This document shows positions 35,450 through 48,568 of a DNA stretch of 64,000 nt, in pieces. The position numbers and the translations under genes are program-made. This DNA is from Squalus acanthias (Eukaryota). Numbering within the stretch: the first letter of the stretch is position 1; each line of letters starts with the position of its first letter. The notes below the pieces were generated by a model. That model saw only the letters and a program-made list of their open reading frames with translations, searched no databases and was not told where the DNA came from. The DNA is taken from the NCBI GenBank assembly GCA_030390025.1, contig CM059431.1:153948001-154012000 (forward strand). Direction: 5' to 3'.

Positions 35450-36929
35450 CACGGTCGGTTTGTGTCAGATTCACCTCTCCACTGAGCGGTTCGAATCGCA
35501 CCCACTCCCTTGGTTCTAGACTTTGGACTTATTTGGGGGTTGTGATAAAAAGTGCAGCAGACAACTGGTTTTAATGCAAGGATTTTGATCTTTATTCAAG
35601 AGAGTAAAACACAACACAAACACTCTAAACACTCTAAAAGTGGGGATAAACTTCGGTAAAAGCGAGGGAAATCACATTAAAAGAGTACGTCACCCCTCGC
35701 AATTCCACTTTACTAGCTAGTTGGACTCCAGAGGACCAGGGATGATACTCACCAGAATCTTTGACAGTTAGGTTAGTTCGCTCTTTTGGGGTTCACTCTA
35801 TATGTCGGTTGGTGTCTGCTGTACCCCGTACGCGGTAGAGGACTTCAACTGCATATCTGGTTAGTCTTCGCGAGTCCACTGATGCAATAGGATGCGTATT
35901 GGATTTATCAGGTGAGTACCCACTTTTCTTTGGTTTGGAAGTAGGGTTTAGAGTTACTTAATAGAACATCTTACATAGGGGTAAGTCAAGAATAGATTGC
36001 AGATTGGAAATTTTGCGGTTCTTTGGTTTTCTTCGAGTTGGTTTTCTTTGGGCGTGTTGGCCCAAATATTAATACTTGATGTTTGGTTGGTTGTTTCGTG
36101 AGGGCCTTGTTGCCGCGAGGTGTCCGATGGTCACTGAGGCGATCATACTGGTTTCTTCACGTGTCGGCGTACTTTGTTGGATGGACCGGCCTTCGAGCTG
36201 TCGACCTCCTTGCTGGACACGGAATGCTAAATGGTGTTGGTTTTTGAACTGTGTTGCGGAGAATGCCTCCGTCAAATGTCTTCTTGTTCTTCCTTCCTCT
36301 TCTTCTTTTACAAGTTGAGAACGGGCCTTCAATTATACCCATTGAAGCTTCCTTATCTGCGTGCCAAATCAGGTCTCGGATCTTGACGGTTTTGGCGGGC
36401 TCGTTAACGGTAACTGGTTTGTTAAGGTGTGAAGTGGTTCTGGGATGACCCCCATCCTGTCAATTTGCCAATTAGTCGGAGTTTTATTGTTCTTATGTTT
36501 TGGGTTTTCTTGGCTGTACCTTTGATTTATATGGAGTAGGCCGAAGTAATCTGTTTTATGCATGTCTTAATGGACTCTGTAACTTGGGGTGGAGACTGGT
36601 TTTCCTCGGGTTTATTGTTAGGATGCTAATGTCTGATAGGGGCCGATTTAAACTCGCAGCGAGATCATGCAGTTCCCCAGACAGTTCCCATTAGCTCCAA
36701 AACCCACACTTTTTTTTACAGAGTTTGAACCCACCTTCCTTCACAGCCTTTTCTCCCTTACAAGCCCAGACATGTTTGAAAAGTACCAAATCTTGCTTTT
36801 TTCTCAAAGGGTCCTCCAGTTAGACCCAATGCCTTTCAGCACCCTGTAATAGCTAGAAAGGAGTCCAAAGTATTTTCCTTACGGTTGTCTTCGAGTTTTG
36901 GCGGATCTGTGAATGTTGAGAATCTGACA
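35450..36929 (-). repeat. 5' LTR
   Basis: Uninterrupted homologue of the 3' LTR; donor at 35747-35753, AATAAA at 35591-35596. Inner boundary uncertain by ~10 bp. Confidence 0.88.
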
Positions 36930-39900
36930 GAGGCAGTCACGCCCCTTCCGTTAGGTAGTGGCACAGGTCTGGTTAGTGTTCGGGGTCAGGAGGGTGTGGA
37001 CTGCAACTCAGGCAGGTAAGGGGACCCCGGGTGCCGTGCTGGAGGAGCCTCAGCCTTTGTCCTTGTCCAACAGGTATGAGGTTCTTGCTTCAAGTGTGGA
37101 TGAGGGAAAAACCCGCAGGATGGATCAGCAAGCTGACCATGGCACCATGGTGCAGCAGGACATTCAAGTGGGGTGTGTGAAAGTAAATGTAGTTGAGGTA
37201 GGGGCAGTATAATCATGGCGATAGATACTGTTCTCTGCAGCCACGACCGATTGTTCCAAAGGTTGTGTTGCCTGTCCGCTGCCATGGTCGAAGACACATC
37301 CTCGCGGCTGGAGGAGAACTTGTAGTGGCGGGGGCGGGGGGGGGGGGGGTTGCGGGGTGGGAGGTGGTTTCCAGTTGTCGTGGTCCACGTAGGAAACAAC
37401 GATATAGGTAGAACTGGGAATGCGGTTCTGCTGAGGGAGTTCCCGGAGCTCGGATTCAAATTAAAAAGCAGGACCCCAGAGCTAATAACCTCTGGATTGC
37501 TACCTGAACCACGAGCAAATTGGCATAGTGTCAGTGAGATCAGAGCATTGAATGGTTGGCTAAAAATTTGGAGTGGGAGAAATTTATTTCGATTCATGGT
37601 GCACTGCCTTCAGTACTGGGGAAAGAGGGAATAGTTCTGTTGGGACGGGCTTCACTTCAACCATGTTGGGAGCAGTGTCCTGGCGAATCGAATAATTAGG
37701 ACTACAGATAGGGCTTTAAACTAAAAAGTGGACGGGGGCGGGGGGTTGGGGTGTGGTGTCCGGTGTGGGGTAATTTAGAAAGTTAGCGAGAATGGACATG
37801 GCAATAGTGCAAGGTAGCGCTAGTGGTAATGATAACCAGAGTGCGACAGGAAGGGACATAGCGTACAAACGTAAGTGTGCACGAGCAAATAGGGTCAGAA
37901 TAGGGAAAATTGTAATAAGACAAGTTTTAAGGCACTTTATCTAAATGCACGCAGCATTCCTAACAAGATCGATGAATTGACGGCACGAATAGAAATAAAT
38001 GGGTATGATCTGATAGCCATTACAGAGATGTGGTTGCAAGGTGACCAAGGCTGGGAACTGAATTTCATGGGATATTTGACATTTCTGAAGTATAGGCAGA
38101 AAGGTAAAGGAGGTGGTATACCTCTGTTCATAAAGGATGAGATCAGCACAGTCGTGCGAAATGATCTTGGCTCGGAAGATCAAGATGTAGAATCAGTTTG
38201 GGTGGAGATAAGACATAGTAAGGGAAAGAACTCACTGGTGGGAGTAGTCTAAAGGTCACCTAACAGTAGCTACACGGTAGGACAGAGTATAAATCAAGAA
38301 ATAATGGGGGCTTGTAAGAAAGGTACTGCAATAATCATTGGCGATTTTAATCTCCATATAGATTAGACCAATCAAATTGGCAATGGTAGCCTTGAGGATG
38401 AGTTCATAGATTGCATTCGGGAAGGTTTCTTATAACAATACGTTGTGGAACCAACCAGGGAACAGGCTATTTTAGATCTGGTAATGTGTCATGAGATAGG
38501 ACTAATTAATGATAAAGGATCCTCCAGGAAGTGTTATCATAGAATGTAGATTTTCACATTCAATTTGAGGGTGGGAAACTTTAGTCTGGAAATAGTGTCT
38601 CAAACTTTACTAAAGGCAATTGCAAAGGTATGAAGGCAGAGTTGGCTAAAGTGGACTGGGGAAGTAGATTTAAAGGTAAAATTGCAGATAAGCAGTGGCA
38701 GACATTTAAGTAGATATTTCATAACTCTCAACAAAATATATTCCAGTGAGAAAGAAAGATTCTACGAGGAGGATGAACCATCGTGGCTAACTAAGGAAGT
38801 TAAGAATGGTATCAAATTGAAAGAAAATGCATATAATGCTACGAAGATAAGTGGTATGCCAGAACATTTGGATTTTTTTAGAAACCAGCAAAAGATGACT
38901 AAAAAATAATAAAAAGGTGGAAAATAGATTATGAGCGTAAACTAACAAGAAATATAAAAACAAACAGTAAAGCTTCTCCAAGTATATATAAGGAAGAGAG
39001 TAGCTAAAAAAAAAGTGTTGGTCCCTTAGAGGCTGAGACTGGGGAATTAATAATGGAAAACAAGGACATGGCGGAGACTTTGAACACATATTTTGCATCT
39101 GTCTTCACGGCAGAATACACTAAATGAATACCATTAATAATAGATAATCAAGGGGCAAAGGTGAGGGAGGAACTTAAAACAATCACTATCAATAGAAAAA
39201 AAGTACTAGGCAAACTAATTTGACAAAAGGCTAACAAATCCCTTGGGCCTGATGGCCTGCATTCTAGCGTCTTAAAGAAGTGGCTGCAGAAATAGTGAAT
39301 GCATTGGTTGTAATCTTCCAAGGTTCACTAGATTCTGGAAAGTTTCCAGCGCAATGGAAAACCGCTAATGTTACTTTCCTTTTCAAGAAAGGAGCGAGAC
39401 AGAAATCAGGAAACTATAGGCCAGTTAGTGTAACATCTGTCATTGGGAAAATGCTGGATTCCATTATTAATGGAGTAGCAGCACGACTGTTAGAAAATCA
39501 TAGTACAATCAAGCAGAGTGAACATGGTTTTATGAAAGGGAAATCGTGTTTGAAAAATGTATTTGAGTTGTTTGAGGATGTAACGATCAGGGTGGATCAA
39601 GGGGAATCAGTAGATGCAGCGTAATTGGATTTCCAAAAGGCCTTCGCTAAGGTACCAAATAAAAGGTTACTGCACAAGATAAGAGCTCACGGTGTTGGGG
39701 GTAATATATTAGCATGGATAGAGGATTGGCTAACTAACAGAAAACAGAGAGTGAGATAAATGGGTAATTTTCAGGTTGGCAAACTGTAACTAGTGGGGTG
39801 CCACAGGGATCAGTGTTGGGGCCTCAACTATTTACAATGTATTTCAATGACTTGGATGAAGGGACCGAATGTACTGTAGACAGGTTTGCTGAGGATACAA

Positions 39901-40816
39901 AGATAGGTGAGAAAACAAGTTGTGTGGAGGGCATCAAGTGTCTGCAAATGATATAGATAGGTTAAATGAGTGGGCACAAAAATTGGCAGATGGAGTAAAA
40001 TTTGGGAAAATGTGAGGTTATCCTCTTTGGTAGTAAGAATAGAAAAGCAAAATATTATTTAAATGGAGCGGGACTGCAGAATGCTGCGGTACAAAGGGAT
40101 CTGGTTGTCCTCGTACATGAAACACAAACAACTTAGCATGCAGGTATAGCAAGTAATTAGGAAGGCAAATGGAATGTTGGCCTTTATTGCAAGGGAGATG
40201 GAGAATAAAAGTAGGGAAATCTTGCTACAATTTTACAGGGCGTTGGTGAGACCACACCTGTAGTACTGCGTACAGTTTTGGTCTCCTTATTTAAGGAGGG
40301 ATCTTCTTGCATTGGAGGCAGTTCAGAGAAGGTTCACGAGGTTGATTCCTGTGAAAGAAGGGTTGTCTTATGAGGAAAGGTTGAGCAGGTTGGGCCTATT
40401 CTCATTTGAGTTTCGAAGAATGAGAGGTGATCTTATTGAAACATGAAATTCTGAGGGGGATTGACAGGGTAAATGCTGAAAGGATGTTTCCCCTAGTGGT
40501 GGACTCTAGAACTAGGGGGCATAGTTTAAGGATAAGGGGTCGCCCATTCAAGACGGAGATGAGGAGGAATTTCTTCTCTCAGAGGGTCGTGAATTTTTGA
40601 AATTCTCTACCTCAGAGAGCTGTGGAGGCGGAGTCATTGAATATATTTAAGGTGGAGATAATTGAGCTACAGGAGAGTCAAGGGTTATGGGAAACAGGCA
40701 GGAACGTGGAGCTGAGCCCAAGATCAGATCGGCCATGATCGTATTGAATGGTGGAGCAGGCTCTAGGGGCCAAATGACCTACGTCTGCTCCTATTTCTTA
40801 TTTTCTTATGTTCTTA
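36930..40816 (+). mobile_element. Remainder of the older CR1 (ORF1 3' part and decayed ORF2)
   Basis: LSNRYEVL, VVVHVGNND, TTTAAACTAA junction at 37715-37724, EN and RT motifs, TTCTTATG tail. Confidence 0.92.
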
Positions 40817-41014
40817 CCTGCTGCTGGAATACTTAGAATTGCTTTGATGTATCTTATTTGGTGAATGGCGATTTTGGTATGTAGCAGGATGGAAAAGGAA
40901 GCAGAAAAGATCATCCGGCATGGGACAGATGGAAAGGAAAGCAGAACGAGAATCAGATATAGACCAGGAGGGCGGATGGAAATGAGATAGATCGGGCACG
41001 GAGCGTAGAATATA

Positions 41015-43290
41015 ATCATAGAATCATACAGCACAGAAAGAGTTCATTCGGACCATTACACCTATTTCGGCTCTTTGAAAGAGCTGTCTAATAAAGTGCC
41101 ATGCCCCAGATATTTCCGGATAACCCTGCAAATGAGTTCTCTCCAAGTACATGTTCAATTGTCTGTTAAAAGTTCCTATGGAATCTGCTTCCAACACCCT
41201 TTCAAGTATTGCATTCCAGCTCTTAACAATTTCCTTTATGAATTATATTAAATGTATGGCCTCTAGTTACCTACAGACATGCCAGAGCAAATATTTTCTC
41301 TTTACCTGCTCTATCAACACCACTCATGATTTCGAATACCTCTATTAGGTTGCTCCTTACCATTCTCTGCTCTAAGGAGAACCATCCAACCTTCTCCAAT
41401 CTCCACATAACTGAAGTCGCTCATCAGTTGTATCATCCTGGTATGCCCCTGTTTGTACACTCTCCAGACCTTTGACATCCTTCCTAAAGTTTGCTCCCCA
41501 GAATTGTACAAAATACAAAATATTCCAGCTGAGGCCAAACCATAGACTTAGAAATGTTTTGCATGGCTTCCTTGTTTGTTTATTCAATGCTTTTATTTAC
41601 AAAGCCAGGTATCGCATACGCTTTTTAAAAACCTGCTCAATTTGCCCTGCCACCTTCAAATATCTGTGAATATGCAACACAGGTCCCTCTGCTCTTGCAC
41701 CTCCTCAAATAAATACCAGTTCGATTATACTGCCTCGCCATTTTGTTTCTCCCAAAGTGCATCACTTCACAGTTAAATGTATGACATTAAATAGCATCTG
41801 TCATGTGTCTGCCCATTTCACCAGTCTGTTTACATGCTCCTGAAGTCCACTGCTATCATGTTAACTATTTACTACGTTTCCCAGTTTTGTATCGGCCGCA
41901 ATTTATATATTAACAGAAAAGCAATGGTCCTAATTTCGACACTTTTCGGACCCCACTGCATACTTATCTCCAGTCAGAAAATAAACATTCTTTCAATAAT
42001 AATCTCCGCCTCCTATCCCTCAGCTAATTTGGTACCCAAGTTACCACCCTCCGTGTAATACTGAGTGCTCCTATTTTCCGAATAAGTCTGATATGGGGTA
42101 CTTCAACAAATGCCTTTTGAAGGTCCATATATACAACATCTACTGCACTACCTTCATCAGCCCTCTGTGTTAATTCATCAAAGAACTTAATCAGGTTAGT
42201 CAGACACGATTTGCCTTTAACAAATCCGTGCTGGCTGTCCCTTATTAACCCATGCTTCCCGACGTGAGAATGAGTGTCCTTTCCCTCTGTCTCTATTTGT
42301 ATTCCCACCACTGAAGTTGACTGACTGACCTGATTTACCCTTCTCACCTTTTTGAACAAGGATGCAACGTTTTTGCAATCCGATAACCATCTGGCACCTC
42401 TCCAATTTAAAGATGACGGTTAGTGCTTTTGCTAACTCACTCCTAGGTCCCGTCAACAAGCTGGGATGTATCCCATTTCGACCCGCTGAATTTCTGATTT
42501 TAAGTGATGCCACCGCATTTCTACCTACCTTTATCCTATCCAATATCCTATCTAATAGCAAGACAGCTCGCTCCTCTGCTCCACCATTATCTTATTCCTC
42601 CTCTTTTGTGAAGACAGATGCAAAGTACTCATTCAGAGCACCTTCTGATTCCTGAGGAAATTTCCCATTCTGCCCCAAATGGGCCCCACCATTCTTTAAA
42701 CTAAACTTTTACTTTTTATATGTTTAGAAAAGTGTTTGGGTTTCCTTTTATGTTACCTGCGAATCATTTCTAATACTCTCTCATTGCACTTTTGAAATCC
42801 ATTTTCTTACACACTGCACTATCTGTAATGTACCTAGTTTTCGATTGCAATCTGTACCAGATATTTGTCATAAACATCCTTTTCCTGTTTTATATTAAGC
42901 TCTATTGCTTTTGTCATCCATGGAGCTCTAGCTTTGAAAGCTCATGATTTCCTCTTTGTGGGAAGATGCTTGGTTTGTACCCGAACACTCTCTGCCCTAA
43001 AGGATTGCCATTGCTTATTTAATGATTCTTCAGTCAGTTTTGTATCCAGTGCACCTGTGCCAGTTGCCTCCTCAAATCAATGATATTGGCTCTCTTCCAA
43101 ATGTTTTTTTTCACTGTTGATTTTTCTTTGACTCATCCCATAACTTCTGAAAAACTTAATTATTTGCCAGATAATCTTCCACTTAAACACAATCCGATCT
43201 TGTCCTACTTCATTCCCAAGAACTGTTTCCTTCCTCGTTGGGCTAGAAACATCTCGATTAAGAAAGTGCTCCTGTACTCATTTTTGTAAT
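41015..43290 (-). mobile_element. Old decayed CR1
   Basis: DSQHGFVKGKSCLTNL and VYMDLQKAF (ORF 42024-42359); 3' tail near 41015. Confidence 0.85.
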
Positions 43291-43785
43291 TTTTCAGAGT
43301 TCAGCTGGCAGAAGAGGAGGAATGGAAGGGCAAAGTGCCAATTAGGATTGTTGCAGGTGGGGGACTGAATAAATGGTTGGAGAGAGTGTTAGGGACGGAG
43401 GAAGATTGTAGAGCTGCAGGCGTTTACAGGTGCAATGTGACATTCAGGCATTGAGCAGGTGGAATCAAAATACATCTGCGGAAGGGAAGTTACGGCAGAA
43501 TAAGACATAGAGCTAATGGGAATGGAAACCGGCGAAGAAAGAAAAATGGATCCGGCTGCGAAGGGAAGCAAACATTAAAACTAAGGAGCTGAATAAGCGA
43601 GAGCAACAGACAGGTAAAAGGCAGTGATTTCAGGCACGAAGCAGGGGGAGCCGGAAACAGACTGGGAGCAGCAGCACAGAGAAGCAGGAAAGGAAAGAGA
43701 CACAGAGGAGTCACAAGATGTAACATGAACTTTTAACATTCATATTAAATAAAAATTCTGGTTCGCAATTTAATTTAATGTTCAG

Positions 43786-44727
43786 TGTTTCTCACTCTCA
43801 CAATAAATTGAATCCGTTGGCAAACAGTTAAAAGAAAGTTTAAATTAAAATGGGATATTACATCACCAGCACTACAAGTTAACAGGCCGATGAAGCGGAG
43901 TTTAACCAACACATTTGCTCAGTAGTTCCAGTACGTGAAACCTGGAGCCTGAAAACCATGGGTTCGACCAACCTGATAAAGGCCCAAACTGTTACTCATT
44001 AACTAGAGACTATTTGCCGGAGATTATAATCATCGATCTTTGTCCCTCCCTATCTCTTCCCTTTCATAGTCCTTTAACACGTATTTTTATGGAGAGTAAT
44101 TACATTAGATCCTGGCTACAGATCCCGGTTTCACTGTGGGGTCTTCTGAACCGCAGATGGAAGAGCTAGGATAATATAGAAACATAGAAACATAGAAACT
44201 AGGAGCAGGAGTAGGCCATTCGGCCCGTCGAGCCTGCTCCACCATTCAATACGATCATGGCTGATCATCCAAATCCAGTACCCTGTCCCTGCTTTAATCC
44301 CCACAGTACACATATCCCACCCTACCCCCGTAACCCCATGTATTTAATTCCCCCTAACATATCCCATCCTATCCCCATAACCACACATATTTAATCCCCC
44401 CCCTAAAACTAAGGGTCAATTTATCATAGCCAAATCAACCTAACCCGCACATATGTATTCATTGTTACCACACAGAGGATTAATAACTTTGCGTAAAAGT
44501 TGAATTATTTCAATTTGCATCAGACCATTTGTGATTCAGATCGAGACCTGCACCAGGGATCAGGCCGAGGAGGGATTTTAATGATCAGGCTGATCTTGAC
44601 TGAAGGTTGTGTTCATGACTGTGTTGCATAACTGACCTTTAATCAGGGTGTGTTCATTAACCGCCAGAACCCACAACGCTAATTAACCCAGAATCTCTGT
44701 AACTACACAAAGGAACCACAGCACAAG
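43786..44727 (+). pseudogene. Decayed exon block B, SEA-domain-like (paralogue of 13702-14657)
   Basis: Shares GGGGTCTTCTGAACCGCAGATGGAAGAGC, GTGATTCAGATCGAG and CCACAGCACAAG|GTAAGGAC with copy A; contains stops and a SINE insertion. Confidence 0.45.
44178..44450 (-). mobile_element. 5'-truncated HE1-like SINE
   Basis: Close match to ~33666-33933 on the opposite strand; ATAT duplicated at 44174-44177 and 44451-44454. Confidence 0.88.
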
Positions 44728-44812
44728 GTAAGGACGTGGAATATTCTGAGCACCATTATGGTGTTTCAATTCAGCGAAATTGCCGTTTATTTGTGAAGTA
44801 GTGCAAAGAAAA

Positions 44813-45530
44813 TTGGCCCGGATTTTGCGCTCAGCGGCGAATGATCGGCGCTCACTGTTCATTTTGCTTACAGCGGCCCACAAAATTTTAGCCGGCTTTT
44901 CCTCTGCGGCTTGCGGTAATTAGAAATCCATTTGAGCGCGGCGTCCTCTCCAGGGGACCTGGGACCTCTGTGGACAGGGCGAGGAACAGCGTGTCTCCTC
45001 AACCAATCATATTGATAAATCCTTACTGAGACACCCAGAGTTTAAACCAGGAAGTGAAAATTAGAACATTGAATTGAATTTAAAATCATGTGCAGAAACC
45101 GAAATAAAGAGAAAGAGAGAGAACATAAGTTCCAATTATGAGAGAGATAAAAGAAACAGAAAGAGAAATTGAGAGATTTTTTTAAAATCTCCAACAATAA
45201 TTAAAATGTGAAGGAATGCGACTCCACACTTGTGAAAGTAAATTTTCGAAGCCAGTGATGTTGTTTACTACTCCATGAAAGATTCACTTACACTTAAGTG
45301 AACATGCCTTAACTTTTCTGGCGTGTTTATTGTTTATCTAGTGTGCAAGTACCATTCGTATTGAATCTATCAGCGGTTTACCGTTGTAGCGAATCTTGTG
45401 GTGGAGTTGGCGAAACCGTACAGCTACTTCCCTATTTCCACGTGTGCGGACTCTGTAGGTTGCTGGCCGATTTACTACATAATAATGATGAGTGCTGATA
45501 GTCTCACTGGTATTCTTACCGGAAAATCAT
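44813..45530. mobile_element. MITE-like insertion
   Basis: Starts GGCCCGGATTTTGCG and ends with degenerate CCGGAAAATC; absent from the paralogous region downstream of 14657. Confidence 0.55.
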
Positions 45531-45729
45531 TTGTACTGTTAACCTAACAATAGTGGATCAGGTATCAATTATTTTTGACCAAAAATTCATTTATTGACAG
45601 TTGAGTCAATTAACAGAATAAAACTTGCAAATGCAATCTCACACGCTAAATGTCTGCTGCTGTAAAATAGTATTCAAGTATATTTGTCGTTTATAACAGG
45701 TTTAGAATCAAAGCGTTAGAAATCGATAT

Positions 45730-46320
45730 CATAGAATCATGCAGAATGAGGCCATTCATTCGGCTCATCGAGCCTGTGTCGGCTCTTTGAAAGAACAATC
45801 CATTTAGTCCCACTCATCTGCACTCTCGATATAGTCCTGCGATGTTTTTCCCTTTGAGTATTTATCCAATTCGCTTTTGAAATGTTCTACTGAACCTGCT
45901 TCCATCACATTTTCAGGCAGTGCATTCCAGATCATAATGAAATAAACTCCTCATTTCACTTCTGGCTCTTTTGCCAATTACATTAAATCTATGTCCTTTG
46001 ATTGCCGACCTTGCTGCCAGTGTAAATAGATTCTCCTGAATTATTCTTTCAAAAAAGTGATTAGTTTGAACGCCTCTCTTAAATCTACCCGTAATATTCT
46101 CTGCTCAAAGGAGAACAATCGCAGCTTCTCTAGTCTCCCCATGTAACCTAAGCCCCGAATCTCTGGTAACATTACAGCAACTGATCTCTGCACACTCCTC
46201 AAGGCCTAAACAGCAGTCCCAAAGTATGGTGCCCAGAATTGGAAATAATACTCCCCCTGAGGCCTAACTGGCGAAGGCTAAAGGTTTATGATAACTTCCC
46301 TGGTTCTGTGCTCTATGGGT
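45730..46320 (-). mobile_element. Old CR1 3' fragment
   Basis: CATAGAATCAT tail; 3' ORF2 similarity to 41015-41600 and 51010-51460. Confidence 0.75.
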
Positions 46321-46518
46321 AAAACAGTGGCAGATGTGGGAACGTGATGCCATACACTTTGGACCCTAGAAATATCGATCAGATTATTTCCTACATTGCG
46401 TGAATCTAGGAACTGTGGACGAACAGAGAGATTTAGGGCCCAAATACAGACATCACTAAAAGCTAGTGGCCAGATATAAAAAGATAATTAACAGGCAAAT
46501 GGAATGTTCCCCTTTATC

Positions 46519-48568
46519 AGGGTGACTCAACCGTGGCTAACAAGGGAACCTAGGGATAGCATAAGATTCAAATAGAGGGCATATAAATTGGTCAGAAAAA
46601 GCGGTAACCCTGAGGATTGGGATCAGTTTAGGATTCAGCAAAGGAGGACAAAGGGATTAATTAAGAAGAGGAAAATAGAATATGAAAGTATGCTGGCTGG
46701 GAACATAAACACTGACTGTAAGAGCTTTTATACATATGTGAAGAGAAAAAGATTAGTGAAATCAAGTGTGGGTCCCTTGAAGTCAGAAGCGGGGTAAGTT
46801 ATAATGGGGAACAAAGACATGGCACCAATTACATGCATATTTTGGTTCTGCCTTCAAAAAGGAGGACACAAATAACCTCCCAGAGATGTTGGAGAACATA
46901 TGATCTGATGAAAGGGAGGAACTGAAAGAAATAATTATTTGCAGGGAAATGGTGTGATAGAAATTGACGGGAATGAAGGCTGATAAATCCCCAGGGCCTG
47001 ATAATCTACATCCTAGGTTACTTAAGGAAGTGGCCCTATAAATAATAGATGCATTGCTGATCATCTTCCAACATTCGATGGAATCTGGAACTGTACCCAT
47101 GGATTGGAGGGTAGCTAATGTTACCCCACTATTCAAAAAGAGTGGTAAAGAGAAAGCGGGGAATTACAGACCGGTAAGCCTGACATCGGTCGTGGGGAAA
47201 ATGCTAGAGTCCATTATAAAGGATGTAATATCTGAGCACTTGAAAAACAGTGACAGGATTGGACAAAGTCAACATGGATTTACAAAAGGTAAATCTTTCT
47301 TGACTAATCTACTGGAATTTTATGAGGATGTAACTGGGAAAATAGATAAGGGAGAAGCAGTAGATGTGGTGTATTTGGACTTTCAAAAGGCTTTTGATAA
47401 GGTCCCGCATAAGAGATTAGCGTGTAAAGTTAAGGCGCATGGGATTGGGGGCAAGGTATTGACTTGGATAGAGAACTGGTTGGAGCACAGAAATCAGAGA
47501 GTAGGAATTAATCGGTATTTTTCCGAGTGGAAAGCAGTGACTTGTGGGGTACCGCAGGGATCTGTCCTTGGACCCCAGCTATTCACAATATACATTAATG
47601 ATCTAGATAAGGGAACTAAATGTAATATCTCCAAGTTTGCAGATGACACAAAGCTGGGTGTTAGTGTGTGCTGCGAGGAGGATACCGAGAAACTCCAGGA
47701 TGATTTGGACAGGTTGGGTGAGTGGGCAGAAGCGTGGCCGATGCAATATAACGAGCATAAATGCGAGGTTATCCACTTTGGTGTCAAAAACAGAAAGGCA
47801 TACAATTATCTGAATGGCAATAGATTGGGAGAAGGGGAAGTATAGCGAGACCTGGGTGTCCTTGTGCTCCGGTCGCTAAAATTAAGCATGCAGGTGCAGC
47901 AGGCGGCGAAGAAGGCACCTGGTATGTTGGCCTTCATTGCGAAAGGGTTTGAGTATAGGGACAGGGATGTTCTGCTGCAGTTCTACAGGGCCTTGGTGAG
48001 ACAACACCTTGAGTATTGTGTGCAGTTTTGATCGCCTTATCTGAGGAAGAATGTTCTTGCCATGGAAGGAGTTCAGCGAAGATTTACAAGGCTGATACCT
48101 GGGATGGCAGGGGTGACATATGAGGAGAGATTGGGTCGATTGAGCTTATACTCGCTGGAGTATAAAAGAATGAGATGGGATCTCATCGAAACATATAAAA
48201 TTCTGACATGTCTGGACAAACTTGATGCGGGAAGAATGTTCCCGATGGTCGGAGAGTCCAGAACCAGGGCTCATAATCTAAGGATCACGGGTAAGCCATG
48301 TCGGACAGAAATGAGGAATGATTTCTTCACCCAGAGAGTGGTGAACCTCTGGAATTCTCTACCACAGAAGGTAGTTGAGGCCAAATCATTAAATATATTC
48401 AAGAATGCGTTAGATATATTTCTTAAAGCTAAAGTTATCAAGGAATATGGGGAGAAGGCAGGTACAGGGTACTGAGTTTGGATGATCAGCCATGATCTCA
48501 TCTATTCGCGGAGCAAGCTCGAGGGGCCGAGTGGCCTACTCCTGCTCCTATCTTCTATGTTTCTATAT
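46519..48568 (+). mobile_element. 5'-truncated CR1 nested in an older CR1 (46320-46518 and 48569-49185)
   Basis: ORFs 46588-46797, 47054-47845 and 48062-48475; same family as 17702-22116. The flanking element reads through (GMxxFI | SRRLEY). Confidence 0.9.

Larger units (their letters stand above)
16876..36929 (-). mobile_element. Endogenous retrovirus, lokiretrovirus-like provirus (LTR-gag-pol-env-LTR), defective
   Basis: Two long direct repeats with outer TG...CA ends; GAG duplicated at the flanks inside a CR1 ORF1; gag, PR, RT (YVDD), tether plus RNase H, integrase and env in retroviral order. Confidence 0.9.

Noticed and set aside
16876..36929. Classification as a foamy virus or a plain Ty3/Gypsy element
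   Set aside because: The CCHC knuckle and in-frame gag-pol argue against foamy; tether plus RNase H and a spliced env argue against typical Gypsy. A phylogeny is still needed.
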